64,000 bases of DNA from Octopus vulgaris (GCA_951406725.2 OX597815.1:83142001-83206000), one strand, 5' to 3'. Shown: positions 14,334 to 28,883, numbered from the stretch's first letter. The notes: generated by a model not told the origin, from the letters alone. Numbers and translations: made by a program.

Positions 14334-15157
14334 ATATATATGTATGTATATATATATATATATATATATATGCGAAATCTCCCCTTCTTGATTTAACAAA
14401 CACTTTTTTCATTGCCAGTATGTTTATAGATCATATGCATGATGTTTGACGGAGGTTAACATGTCTGTGAGAGATTACTATTATAGTAATGATATCCTGG
14501 TTATTTCACAACATTTTCATTAATTTTTAAATCATTACTTTTAATGAGCAGTCCAAGCAGGCATGCTATGATCGTCTGCCTTATTTCTACTTGAAGAATA
14601 TAGTACTTTTACTTTCTCCAAATTCTCTATTTTTAAGATAATAAAATAAAAGAGATTTTCATAACTTTTATTCGCCAGACAGCCTCCATGTACAGATTTC
14701 TTCGTTGACTCCGTGTTGTTGATATTCATTTTAGCTAATGATATTATTTATCTTTTTATATATTTTGGCTGCTTTTCTTCTAACTGCTATATTGCGTCAC
14801 CGATTTTAAACGTAATCTGTGGAACAAAAATAAATATATCGTCATGAAATATTTAAAATCATCTTTCTTTTTAATGCCACTTTGCTAACATGTAATATGT
14901 TTTACGCAGTCACAGATCTCGCTCTGTGTAGGGCACAGTAATTCAATTTGCATTAAGATTACGATAAAACAAGCTGTAGAGAAGTAGTAATGTATTTCAT
15001 ACTCCTAATGCGTACAGGAATTTCTGAGGAAGATTATATTAAATCCAACTTCATTAGTTACTATTTGTTTAGTAGCTAAGATAAGCAAAAAACAGTTGGT
15101 GCACAGTTGCCTCCCACTCAAATTTTCCATAAGATTTTTCTCAGCATCTATATGCTA

Positions 15158-17016
15158 CACGGGAGAACCTGGTTTTTGTTGTCTGGTGTTTCCTAATGAT
15201 ACTGATTTCAGAAAAGAAATCCATTTTGCTCTATCACGCTAAGTTTTTTCATAAACTCGATTGTCCATTTCCTACATTTCTGGCATCGTCACCATTCCTC
15301 AGGATAAATTTGGCTTCATAAAACGCAAACCTCTATATGGAGCTTGACATAACTTTGAAAACATAGTTTTTCAATATCAATTAAAGTAAATGCAACAAAA
15401 AATGTAAGTAAAAAGTTCTGATTAAGTACCTTTAGTAAGTAAAAAGCATCAATCCAAATTTAAGTGTCATGATAATGACAGAAATATGATTTATACAATT
15501 AGGCGTTAATAAACAACACGTTCCTTTGGTTCTTGACATCTTATATGTCTTATATTAGTGAAATTTATCGGCACATATGGTCACGCTGAGCTCGATTTAG
15601 TGTGACTACCACTGCAAACAAGGTGAAACATGTTTTGTCGAACCTTTAACTACTTCTTATGAAAAACGGTATTTCAAATGTTCTCTTAATGTGTTAATAG
15701 CGAGGCCACGTGGGTCAAGATTACTTTAGTCAAGTATGATAAAAGACCTGTAGAAAGAACTTCACGACAATACTACGCTCTTCATAGAGCTTTGCTACCA
15801 CAAATCTGCATTTTCTTACTTTATAAATGTTGATAATCCTGAAAATGTTTTTCCAAGCTGACAACTGGTTTGAATGTGTCTTGTATTTGAGAAATATGAC
15901 CAGTTGTAAGACGAGAAAATTGCGAAAACTGCCCCGATATCTTCTGCTACATTTGTTGATGTTACACTTTACCAAGGCAGCGAAACAAAATCACAGATTT
16001 TATGAAGAAAGCTTGCATAACTTACTTTAACATGAAACTAGGTAAATCAAGACAAAGCCTGGGTATTGCACATAGTGGGAAAAAGTGTTCTGGAACGCTG
16101 AAACTGTGGCTGTTTCAATTACCTAAGTAAAAAGTTTTTGAGCTATGTCTTGCTGAAAAAATTAAGGTTGGTGTGCTTGACGAACCACAGAATAGGTGAC
16201 TATTGCAGGATGAACATTTTTCGGAGACTATATCTGCCGTTGAAAAGGTATCAGCGAATGCTTTTGCTACGATTGTATTTGATTTCGTGGAAAACTGTAA
16301 ATCATCAAATTATGAAGAACTTGTGCAGACGCTGTTAACCAGTCTTCGTGCACTGGGCTGCAACATGAGTGTGAAAGTGCATCTCCTGCACATCCATCTG
16401 GACTACATCCCTGAAAGTCATAGTGCATTAAGTGATGAGCAAAGACAAAGATTCCACCAAGACATCGACATCATGATGACTAGGTAGCAAGGCATATAGA
16501 ACACAGATACGATGGCTGACTACTGCTGGTCTCTGTAAAGCATCAAAGAGAAAGTTTACTCCTTGAGTAGCTGAAACTCTAGTTTGACAGAAATATCTCT
16601 CCTAATATGTGTAATTAAATATTTTACGTAACATATTTGTTAAACAATGAAATGTACTATTTGATTTGTTTTAGTTTACCATTTCAGTAGTGCAAAAGTT
16701 CACATGTTTCGGTAGAAAATCAATTCCTTTTGAATAAAAAATTTGACGCGTTAGAACATTTTTAAGGGTATTTCTGAACCCTGCACCATGAATAAAGCAA
16801 GAGAACTAAAATGGTTTTTGAAAATTTTCCTAAGTCTTATCAATAAAATAATAAAAGCAACTGACCATCCCTATTACTTACGAACAAAAAATACAATTGT
16901 GCTCATTCAGAGAGTAAGCTGTTGGGAAAAAATATTGGCATGATAGAAGAAAAATGACTGTAGGACAAGTGAAAAAGCAAACTCAACAAAAAACATGTTC
17001 AAAATTATTCCCCGTG
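15158..17016 (+). mobile_element. Decayed Chapaev3-like (CMC superfamily) DNA transposon with an internally deleted transposase
   Basis: LGCNMSVKVHLLHIHLDYIPE..SDEQRQRFHQDI (16203-16487) then MADYCWSL; YFNMKLG..QDKAW near 16025-16070; subterminal inverted repeats ~15224-15249 / ~16736-16760; candidate termini CACGGG..CCCGTG. The family name comes from recalled motifs and no clear TSD is present. Confidence 0.7.
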
Positions 17017-17830
17017 TGAACTGTTCTGAAGATAACTGACGCCGCTTGCTCGTTATTTTGGGCTTTAATACAATTTATCAATACAGCTATTACTTATTGG
17101 GCGTAAGAATCTTGATGGCAAGAACTAATTTACCGTATTTACTTTGTTGTGTTAATATTTAACAAACATATACTGCTCTTTCACGCTTATATTCTCATTC
17201 CTCAAACTTTCGAGAGAAAGAAAAAGAGAAGGCATTATTAACAAGCTGAATTAAATACAAGTGACAGTATAATTTTCTAGCTGAAAGACTGATGCTCTGA
17301 CTTAAAGCTTTCCTTATATAACTGCAAAACATATTGCACTTATATAAAATACATATTGCGTACCTGCACATCATTACGATATACACTAATATAAAAGATA
17401 ATGGCGTCTGCATCAACAACAGCAGTAATGGCATTAGAGGTGGTGATGACCATGAGATTAGGTCGCGTTGTCTTATGCAATATTTTCGTTTACAAACGCA
17501 TACGTTGACCTTTAAAGAGTGTAGGTTAAAAAATTAGAAGTTAGAAAGCGTGACATATTTGAAATTTAAATAGCAACTTCTACAACATCACAGTGGGGTG
17601 TATGGTTGCAAGCATAATGGAAAGAAAAAGAAGAATTCCTTAGAAACAACAAGTATTTCAATAATACGAAAGCGACATTCTTATAAAGTGATGTGGAAAT
17701 AGAAATTTAGCTTATAAAAGACAAATTCTATAATCAAACTGAGGAAGCATAGATTTCCATATACAAACATTTCGCACATTTGCATTGATATATATGCACA
17801 CACATGCACACACATACACAAATATATACA

Positions 17831-17897
<67 letters not shown>

Positions 17898-17991
17898 CAT
17901 ATAAAGAATCAATGATTGAGAGTGCGTAAGAAGTATAAACAAATAAATATATGTATTTTCACACACTCATGAGCATATTAGAATATACATA

Positions 17992-18053
<62 letters not shown>

Positions 18054-19549
18054 CTTAGAAACATGCATACATACACACATACATACATACATGCATACAT
18101 ACATACATGCATCTACGTTTACAATATCATAAAAGACCGTTAGCAACATTGATATCAATAAAATAATGAATACATAGATAACGTTATTTTTCACAATAAT
18201 AAAATTCCTTCTGGTTTACGAACAACGGATATGAATGTTTTTGATGTACCCATATCTAGAAATAACGGTGTATACGCTTCGATTTGGTCGATATATACCT
18301 AACACATACTGAGAAACAGAATGAAGATCCACTAATATGGATTTTTGAAAGATGGCAGACACGTCGCATCACATTATATGAATGAGAATGGTATATACGA
18401 TCATAAACATACAATAATTAACATTGTAAAATAGTTTGATACACAAATTGCAAGAAAAGAAGACAATAAATCAAGTTGTGTCTATGTATGCATATACACA
18501 AACTCATACATACATACACACATTATGCACATACACACAAACTCGCACACATGCATGCATATATGTATGTATCTATATACACACAGGCACCTCGACACAC
18601 ACACATATATACTCATATAACTAGAAATGAAAACATTTTCCAACATTTTCAATGATTATTGCACCAGGTGAAAAATTCAGAGGTATATACATAAAAACGA
18701 ACAATCAGAAGTGAAACTTGAAGTATACTGAGTGTGATATATTTTTTTAATGTAACAAAATAACTCATTCGGTTTGTGATACCTGCATGCAGTATTAATA
18801 TCTCAGTGACATTTTTAATATTTACTAATGACAGATTAACAATGTTGGGTATCTAATAATAGATCGAACATTCATGTTTTTTAAAATAAAGACATGGGCC
18901 AAATAAATGTAACTATATTCTGTCTGTAGAATTGAGTAACTTTAATTTTCATTGTTAGGAACGTTTAAATATTTTTCTTGTGGAGTGACAAGGATTAGTA
19001 ATGTGTTTAGCACCAAAGTTGACTTAGCCGTTCAATTGTGAAGTATAAATCAATAATAGGAAGGATATAATTGACTAAAAAAGCTGGTGGTCATGTCAGA
19101 AGACTGAAATTATTATAAGAAATAACAGAAAGATACTTACTATCAGTTACAAAGACTATAGATTATTTGTACTCAAGATTTTGAAACATGACCTGAACAA
19201 ATTAGATGAAGATGCTTTGTCTCAGTCTCAGAATAAATTGGAAACTATCTCGTGATCATAGCTCAACTACGAGTTGAAATCAGGAGGTAAAAAGAGAAAA
19301 CTAGTAGAAATAATACGAAATAATAGGAAACGAGCAAGTAGGAGAATTAAAAAGATTTAATACCTACTGTATAGTTAGATATAAGGGATATTAATGTTAC
19401 GATTCATAGAGATAATGCTGTAATGGTGTCAATTTAATCAACTTATCCCCTATCGTTGTAATCTTCTTCCAACTTGGTAACATAATTGAATCCATAACCA
19501 CACAGACCCCACGCCCTCACATAATCACAAATACCATCTTCTCCAACAT

Positions 19550-20110
19550 GATCACCCACTTCTTGATCATGATGATGATCACCATCATGATCATTATCAT
19601 CATCATGATTCCCACAAACCTTAATATACTTTTCGTCAGTGTAATCGCAAAGAAAAATATTTGATACTACGTTTAATGATAATAATAATGATGGTGATAA
19701 CGATGGCGATAATGATGAGGATGATGATGATGATGATGACGACGGCGATAACGACGACGATGATGATGATGACGATTATAGTAATGGTAATAGTGATGGC
19801 GGCGGGGTCGGCGGTGGAAGAGCTGGTAGTGATGCTGTTGGTGGTGATGATAATGAAGTCGTTTGGTGGCGGTGTGGTGGTGGTTTGGTGGTGGTGCTGG
19901 TGTGGTGGTGGTGCTGGTGATGGTGTCGATAATATAGAATATGATGATGATGATCCTCCTCCTTGCCTCCTCCCCTTACTCCTCCTCCTCTTCCTCCTCA
20001 CCATCATCTTATCACTACGACTAGCAGCGGCATCTCTGTCACTATCCTGTACATTATTATTTTCATTACCATCCTGTCCCTCAGCATGATCATCATTATT
20101 GCCACCGTAA
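19550..20110. repeat. Compound degenerate trinucleotide tract (CAT, then GAT/GAC/GGT, then CCT/CAT)
   Basis: Directly visible; explains the low-complexity ORFs at 19636-20235. Confidence 0.85.
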
Positions 20111-21966
20111 TCTTCAATTGTGTGCGAAGTCGATGCACACTTCATTTCAAATTAATACAAGCAATGCATTCGACAAAGCCTACTTCCTTCCTGTTGTTAA
20201 CAATGAAATGTAGGAAGCATTATCAAGAGCAGTAGTAGCAACAACAATAGCAACAACACTGAAACTTCAGTTGCAGTGATAGTAACAACAATGCCAACAT
20301 CAACCCCAGGAATATCTACAACAAAAAAAATAAACGATAACAGCGACAGTTGAAGCTTCAAAACTAAGAGTGATCACAGTGTTAGCAACGTCATCATTAT
20401 ACGAGGTAAAGCAAGATGAGTTGTCAAGAGTAGCAGCATATTCATCATTAGCAGTAACAACCGCAAACGAAAAAAAATATGCCTATCAACTCATTGACAA
20501 CATCATAATCAACGTTAACAACAATAGCTATAACAACTGCAGCGAAATCACATGGCATGATGTATTGCGGTATTAGTATCGCTCAACAAGAAACAATACG
20601 ATTATCAACATCGGTTATGAGAACAGCGAGAACGAGGACGAATGGAACAATGAAATTAGTTGCAACAGATTTTAAAGAAAATATATTGGAGAGAAATTGC
20701 AGAAGAAAATAATGGAAAATGTCATTTTGATATCACATGGTGGAAATTATATTGGAATGAACTGCATCGTGCATGCTCATTATGATCTTCGTTGGTGTTA
20801 TCGTCAACGTATTCTTCATCATCCTCACCATCGTATTTATCATCCCTATTCTTCATCGTTTTTGTCACAATCGTTTCTCATGCATCAACATCATCGTCGT
20901 TCATCAACAACGATTTTTTTTCTTTTTACTATACCCTGTCGTAAGTTACGTTACCACTTAACAAATTGCCTTTCACTTTGTCGTAACACGATACAAGATC
21001 GAGTCACTCCTGACTAAAAATACTTCATGTGAAGTGACTTTACAGAAAATTTTGACATTTTACGTCAGATTACTTCCAAACAAATTGGCCTCCCATCAAG
21101 TTACCCTCATATCAAATTGTCTTTCACCTTAATCATAGACATATATGCATATGCATACTCACACAGGCACACACACACACACTCATACTTACATACATGC
21201 ATCGATACATACAACCATACTTACATACATTTACGTATAAGTATGTGTGTGTGCGTGTGAGCGTGTGTGTGTCTGTTGGTGTGAAAAGAAATAAATTAAT
21301 GTGTACAAATATGTGTATATCTATATTACTCTAGCTTTCTTGGTACACGAATATGTATACGATATTCGTTTTCTTGCGAATCCTGATAGTTATATCTGTC
21401 TCTGGTATCAGGTCACGAGACTTCCTTTCAATATGGTTATCCTCCTCCATATATGTTAGAAATACACCGTAATATATACTACATCGCTTACTGTATTCTG
21501 GTATCTATTTTCCCATAAATATTTTTATATGGTATATTATTTTCTTCTAGTTAGTCATCTTACTACATTATCCCATAACTACTTAGGTTAATGTTTAAGC
21601 ATATAATAGCTCAAGTATTTGTACCTACCTCTACGCCATCATTGCGGTATTACTATTAATGAATAAATTTGAGTATGTCTCATATCTCCTGCAGCTAAAT
21701 ATCTATATTCTACACTTACAAAGTAAGAATGTATTATAAACTTTTATAGTTTTACTTATTTATGTTTCTCCTATTCCTGATCTCTTATACATTTTAACAT
21801 ACGATAATTGTAACTATAATTTGTCCGTGCCGTTTTAAAATGGAAGCTAAATCTTCAAATGGCACACTATTGATTTATAACCTGGTTAGCACACACAAAA
21901 CTGCGGCCTTAGCTTTACTTCATCTGAAATTAAGACTGGATGGTTTGCTGCATCAGAGTTGATATG

Positions 21967-22059
21967 GAGTTAATCGACAAAATCACAACATCATCAATAA
22001 CAGTCATAATTAACTGATAAGTTCGTTATCATCTATTAAATAAATATTTGAATAAACTA
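21967..22059 (+). repeat. ~90-bp segment duplicated at 23281-23370
   Basis: GAGTTAATCGACAAAATCACA..GAATAAACTA is near-identical in both places. Confidence 0.9.
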
Positions 22060-22183
22060 CAGTGTCCATAAATTATCTTTACAAATCATACACACATACA
22101 CACAAGCACGCGCTCACACACATATGTATATACATAGACAGATAGATACATATAAATAGTAAGGATAATTTATGGACAGGCTG
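22060..22183. mobile_element. Small Tc1/mariner-type MITE
   Basis: TA then CAGTGTCCATAAATTATCTTTAC at the left end; GTAAGGATAATTTATGGACAGGCTG at the right end. Confidence 0.65.
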
Positions 22184-22922
22184 TCCAATTTGATTAATAT
22201 ATAGTATTCTAAATCTATACCTTGTTATCAAACACGTACATCGCGTATCAATGCAATGAATACTGACCGATTTTCTATCAATTATCGACTGCCATTACAT
22301 GATTATATATATATATCCCTGTCGTTTCTATATTAACAAGCAATTACCATCAACCATTACATTCGGCTTATATCCCTGTGACATTATTTTAATATATTCT
22401 CCAAACAGACACTATCATATCCACATGTGTAATGTTACAGCTATATCATCGCTACTACGTTTATAAATGTCATATATTTCAGTGCAACTTTTATAACCGC
22501 CTTCTCCATGATTGTAACTTGAACTACTTCAAAAGTATTAATGTTCACATCAATATATGCACATACATATAAAAGTCCGCTGAAGAAACTGCGCTGATGA
22601 CATGTGTATGTTTCGGTGTGTGTGTGTGTGTGTGTAGATGTTTCTGCAGGGGTGTTTGTGTGTCATAGTATGTGTGCATATAATTTCTTTTTCTCTCAAA
22701 TACATATGTTGAACCATACCTGAATAATTGATGCTGCTCGGATTAAGTTCAATCAACTTTAACAGGACGTCGGTTACAGACGATGTTACACATTTAGATT
22801 AAGGGTAATAAGTGAAAAAAGTTTCGTGATATCACTTTAGTTTCGTGAATGGCTTATGGAAGACATAATGTGGAATGCAGTCCCATACATGATGCGTATG
22901 AGTGCATACGTACAAACACACA

Positions 22923-23012
<90 letters not shown>

Positions 23013-23047
23013 GATAGATAGATAGATAGATAGATAGATGTACATAT

Positions 23048-23112
<65 letters not shown>

Positions 23113-23129
23113 TAATCCAAACATGAAAA

Positions 23130-23565
23130 CACAAAAAGGAAACACAACAACGCGAGGACGTGGAACAAATATAGTATTATTGGACGCTCAAGAAAGAAGG
23201 GAAGAAGGGGGTTTTAACGTTTTGAGCGGAGCTCTTCGTCGGAAACATAAGAGAACGAAGGATCCAGAGAAGGGAAGACAGAGTTAATCGACAAAATCAC
23301 ATAATCAATAACAGTCATAATTAACTGATAAGTTCGTCATCATCTATTAAATAAATATTTGAATAAACTATATACATATTTGGTATGATTGATCGCTAGC
23401 CACTAAACCTTTTTTTTTCAATTTTCTCTCTGTTTATTTCTGTGTCCCTTTCTATTTAAGAGCGTAGGCTCGAAACATGAAAGACGTTCTCACTTCTAGA
23501 CCGTTAAAATAATACATCAGGTTGTTGTTTACAGACCCGTCTTTGTCGTTTTTTTTTTGTAAATT
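23130..23565. mobile_element. Two divergently oriented non-autonomous Penelope-type fragments, each with a degenerate hammerhead motif
   Basis: Minus 23211-23246: GUUU-CCGACGA-A-GAGC-UCC-GCUC-AAAAC-GUU-AAAAC; plus ~23448-23484: GAGC-GUAG-GCUC-GAAAC with a decayed first core. Confidence 0.5.
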
Positions 23566-23829
23566 CCATATATATATATATATATACGCACACAGAGAAA
23601 GAGAGACGGAGAGAAAGAGAGACAGAGAGATCCTAATTTGAAGTTTGTGGATAGAAGAGTATATTAATCAATGGAATTCCAACCTACTCTGATTTTCACG
23701 TTTTATTATTTACAATTTTTACAATTTTGCAACATTATAATACAATATTATATATTTATTGTCATTAAACTAGTACATTCATGTATTATGCAATCATCAT
23801 TTATATGTGGCTTAGATGTAACAGTTTGG

Positions 23830-26100
23830 TGAGCGTCCCAACTAGTTACAATTGTATTTCGGACAATAATATATGCGGGGCCTCTTGGAGAAAACGAACC
23901 AATTTTTGCGTAGAATGCGGTGGAAAGCTTTCTTTTTCGACAAGAAATCTAAATCTAACGACGAACCTGAACTTGGTGATCTTCTAAAAGTATTCAAGTC
24001 TAGAAGGAACCCACCGACAAACCAACATCTAACCAGATTTGAAGAAGAATTAATTATATAGTATTGTCAAGAATACAAAGTTCAAAAAGGAACCGTAGAC
24101 GGTGTAATATACATCAGCAGAAAATCACAAAATTACTTGTCGACTTCAAGAAAGCTCCGGGGATACTTGTACAAGCGGACAAAACAAGAAATATTTACAT
24201 TGTTGTTATCGATCTATATAAGTCTATAATTAGAAAGGAATTATGCAGCAAATATAGACATGCTAGTAATGAAGTATTAAAGAGAATCAACAATACAGGG
24301 CTACAAATCGTCAAAGATCTAGCCATTGATGATAGAACAGAACCCTACGTTCCCCGAAAACCCCAGATTTTGCTTAAAAACGATAAACCTAACTCTCTTA
24401 CCGACCTCTCAGTTAGATTGATTTGTCCTTCTAAATCCGATATAGGCATTATTAGTAAAAGTGTCATTGACAGGGTAATAGTCGTCCTTAAGTCTAAAAT
24501 TAGATTAGCCCTCTAGTCTGATACACAAGAGGTGGATGGATGGATGGTTCAAGCTTCTTCTTGCAACTTGAAATAGAGAGCTACTATGCTGCTATCAACC
24601 CGATCGTTCTCAATCAAACCCTGATTTTTAGCATGAAATATTCCGATTTGGCCCGACGTGAAATAGATATTCTTGCAGTGCTAGCTTCCTTAGTAGGTTT
24701 CGATGGTAAATTATGGAGTAGGTTAGATAGGGAAAATGCATTTTATATAGCAATCGGCTCGCACGACTCTGCTCAGGTCAGTGACCTAGTCGGAATAATA
24801 TCCTTTCATTAATCCAGTCTTCCTTTCCTGAAGTAACAGGGGGTCTATACTGGGATGATGCCTTATTTTTTGTAGACAGAAGTAGTAAAGCACGGTTAGA
24901 AAATCATAGGAAAAATTTCTTTAGACTTTTCAAAAATTTAGGACTAAATATTACTACAGAGTGAATTTTCTTGACGCTACCTTCTGTCTTGATTCTGGAT
25001 TTTTTTAACCATTTCATACACTGAATGATCATATTAAGTACATCAACGTAGCATCCAACCATCCATCCTCGATTATACGGGGACTAGTTAAGAATATTTC
25101 TACTAGAATTTCTAGATTATATGATACCAGTAGAATTCTCGAATCTCATGCATCTTATTATAATGATGTTCTAGCTAAGGCTGGGCACCACAATAAAATT
25201 CAATATATACAAGATGCAGGCTTAAGCAACACTGGTAATTCCTACAACTGCGAAACACATCATATACCACCGCAACGTCACCGTTTGAGAAATCACTCAG
25301 ATAAAGAATACAGGCTAGAAAGAATTGGTCATATCAATGATCTACCAAAGAAAATTCATAGACACATGCGACAGGATAGCTGAAGAATTTTTTGCTGCTT
25401 TGGAGAAGTGCTTTCTTGAGTCCAATCGGTACCATGCTATTTTTAATCGGCACAATGTAAAGGTATCCTATGCTAACACTGCTAATTTGGAACAGCTTAA
25501 GTATCGAAAAACAATAGCAAAATGCGACAAAGGTTCAATAACCAACCTACTGGATCTAGCAAGCTTTTTACATCTAGAAGCCAACCAAGGAGATGTAAAC
25601 TGCATTGATAATCATCAACTTCGACCAATTTGTAATAGTAGAAATACTCATGGTACAGCTAGCACGATAACAACGTCGTTAAATGGTGTCAGGACTGCTT
25701 TATATACAAATAAAAACATGAAATACTTATGCAGAGATAAATCAAAGTGTCCTTTGATTAATCAATGTATGAATATAAATTTTGTATATAAATGTACCGT
25801 ACACACAAGGAGAGGCCCTATATGTCTCAATAAGAGACATTCGACATCTTTGTCAGATTTTATATGGCGACTGACAGAGGCTAATACGAAATACTACATT
25901 ACTTGGTCCATAGTTAGACATGCAAAACCATACAGTGCAATTTCCAGGAGATGCCGTCGCTGCTCTGAGGAATCCCTGACTGTTCTGCGGACTAACGAAA
26001 AAAAAATATTTAATAGAATTTCTAAAAGACTATCGAGATGCCTACACTCATATAAATTTACTTTCGCACAATGCAGTGAGAATGAACTTTGAGTAACCGT
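23830..26100 (+). pseudogene. Penelope-like retroelement ORF (RT plus GIY-YIG endonuclease), frameshifted
   Basis: FLRRMRWKAFFF, VQADKTRNIY, RLICPSKSDIGIISK, IGSHDSAQVSDLVG, GLYWDD (decayed YRDD, ~24843-24860), VNFLD, SNHP, IFNRHNVKVSY, CRDKSKCPL..VYKC..STSLSDFIW..WSI. Confidence 0.88.
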
Positions 26101-26349
26101 TAACTGTAATTTTATTTTATTTTATTTTAAAGTATGGATGACTTAAATTTACTTTTAACTTCCCATTTCGTCTAAACACCTATTAAATATTTAACTCGCT
26201 TTGCAATCATGATTGCGCTTAATCTCGTGTGTGCGTATGCTCACATTTTTGCTAATGCTTCTATGAGCGTATGCACTCGTGCCATGCAGCTTACCCGAGG
26301 GCGTTTATACATACATATCTGTCAACGGTTATTTTCAATACGTTTCTCG

Positions 26350-26770
26350 CTGGATTAAGTGTTCGTTTCATCTGCCCGTTACAAACCCATTGCAGGAGAT
26401 ATAATGTAATTTACAAATGCACTGTTCTTAATCTATTCCACAACTCTACAGTTATATACACAGGATCAACGACCCATTTTAAGCAACGATATGCCGCTCA
26501 ACTTCATTCTTTTAGATACGATAAACATTGTAAATCTACTACACTCGCCAACCACATACATCATCTCAAAAATACAAATATACCCTATACTCTATCATGG
26601 TCCATACTGGATTCAGGGATACCCTACCGAGGTTAACGCTCAACATGCAAGTTTTGCCTAAAGGAGGCACTTCACATTAAAGAACAACTCTCCAGCACTG
26701 CTAGATAAACATAAGGAGGTACTAGCACATACAACCACCGCTTTTTCGCACATTCTAATTCTACCATAAA
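26350..26770 (+). pseudogene. Second, divergent Penelope-type GIY-YIG endonuclease remnant
   Basis: CPLQTHC..NVIYKCTV..YTGST..FKQRY..HSF..STTLANHIHHLK..WSIL, then CKFCLKE. Confidence 0.8.
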
Positions 26771-26924
26771 TCCAAATGCCTAAATGACCATACTGTATAT
26801 TTCCAGTATACCTCTTAGGTATCACAATAACCTTATAAATCGACATTTTAACTCCTGATCCCTATCTAATTCCTCTTTCATTCTCGAATATCACAAACAT
26901 TTAATTATATTAGTGTCTATATGC

Positions 26925-27011
<87 letters not shown>

Positions 27012-27144
27012 TGTGTGTGTATGTGTGTATGTATCAATGTATGTATGTATACAAGGTGTATATATCTACATGTGCAGGGGCGATAATACATACATATACA
27101 CGTATATATGGGTGTACATATGGAAATATATATATGAGTAGAAA

Positions 27145-28872
27145 TGTTCACCTCGGAAGTTGAGTGTTGGCTTTTCAGAGCGCGCGGTGAGGAGATTGTA
27201 AGTTAAATTTTGTTGTTGAAAATTGTTGTTGAAAACTGTTATTTTGAACATTGTATGAATTGTTTTATTTTTTTGTAGAACTGTTTTGCTGCTGCAACTG
27301 TTGGGTGTGCAAGCCGAGACTTACGCGAAAGCAGCAGGCAAAAGCCTGACTACCGACGCATTACAGCTGAAGGAAGTGAAAATTGAAAAAGAGAATCTTA
27401 AAAAATATTTTGACAGCTTTAAAAAAGGAGACTGTCTAAGAATCACACCGCCGATAGCTGCAGTTCAAAAAGCTGAGAAAAGGATTATAACATATAGAAC
27501 GTGTAATGTTGCCACAAAAATAATTGAAGTGGCAGAAATAAAGGAGATAGAACAATGTCTAGAAGAGATAAAGGATAGAAACACCTTCTACACTAGAGGG
27601 AGAGAGTAGCAAGAAGACATGCAACAACAGCATTAAGAACAACTAGGTGGGTACTCCTACCTACTTACTGTTGTAGGCGAGCGACGAGAGTTCGAATTAG
27701 TAGGGTCCCACCGGAAATGGACATAGAACGACTGGTAGCAGCAATTATATATAATTGTAAGGAAGAGCCAGATATCCTCAAGGTGGAGAAGTCTAACGAT
27801 ATTAACTGGTGGGGTTATGCAGTAGAAGCACTAATACACATAACCCTGCTAGATTTGCACAACATGCTCCTCGATGAGACCCGACTGAGAGTCATGGTGA
27901 GGGGAGACCTCCAGTATGCTACAAGTGTAAAAGCAGAGGGCACATGAAGGCAATGTGCCCTCTAAGAGAAATAGATGAAGAAGAGATAACCTTAGAAGAA
28001 TTCACGAGAGACGTCAGAGCGGAGATAGAGAAAGAAAATGAAGGAAATGGCTTGAAGACGAGAGAGTTAAATGCGGAAGAGGAGCTCATGACCATGGATA
28101 ACATGGCAAGAGACGGCGAGTTTGAGAAGGAGAAAGAAAAAGAGAGAAATGAAGAAAAGGAGGAAGAGGAAAAGGAAGGTAAAAGAGGAAGAGAAAAAAG
28201 GAAGATAGAAAAAGATCACGGGTGGCATCACCACCTAAAAACCTAAAAAAGAAAAAGGAAAAAAGAAGTCTGCTGACGAGACAACAGAGAATCGAACTCA
28301 AGAGGTGAAACAAGCAACAGATAGATCAATTGAAGATCAAATGGAGGAGAAAATTGAAGAGCGGACAAAAAGGGTGGAGGAACGTCTGGAAGCTTGTAAA
28401 AAAGGAAGAACACCTAAGGGAAGGAACTTTAGAGCAGTAATGTATTACCTAAAAGACAAAAAGAAATCGAAAAAAGACAAGCCATAATGAAAGGGCTAAT
28501 AAGAGTGAAGTTAAACCCTGGATTGCATAGCCATGAAATGAAAGCAGTATTGTTGGAGTATGAAACAGTGGACAGATTAACAGATTTATTCCCGAGCACT
28601 ATTGTGTGTATCAGTCTCTATGTACGTTACGACAGTTTGCCCAGCGTAATGGAGCAGGAGCAACTGCTAGTATACATAACGGACGAATACCCCGGATAAG
28701 TTTAATTGTATTCATAAACAGTAAAATGAAACTGCGAGTTTTGGGGGTCTCGTAAGCCATTCCATTCTATTCATTGTAAATATTTCATTTCATAATCATC
28801 TTTCGTTATATGTACCCCATGTTTTGTGTTGTTATGTCCCCTCTCTATTCAGGCTATATGCCTATAATAAAC
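27145..28872 (+). mobile_element. ORF1/gag-only retroelement with a CCHC zinc knuckle (HAL1-like / non-autonomous Tx1 derivative), decayed
   Basis: TYAKAA near the start; GRPPVCYKCKSRGHMKAMC (CX2CX4HX4C at 27917-27958); E/K-rich tail; T-rich 3' UTR ending AATAAA; no RT motifs seen before the gap. Confidence 0.65.
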
Positions 28873-28883
28873 ATTTCTAGCTT

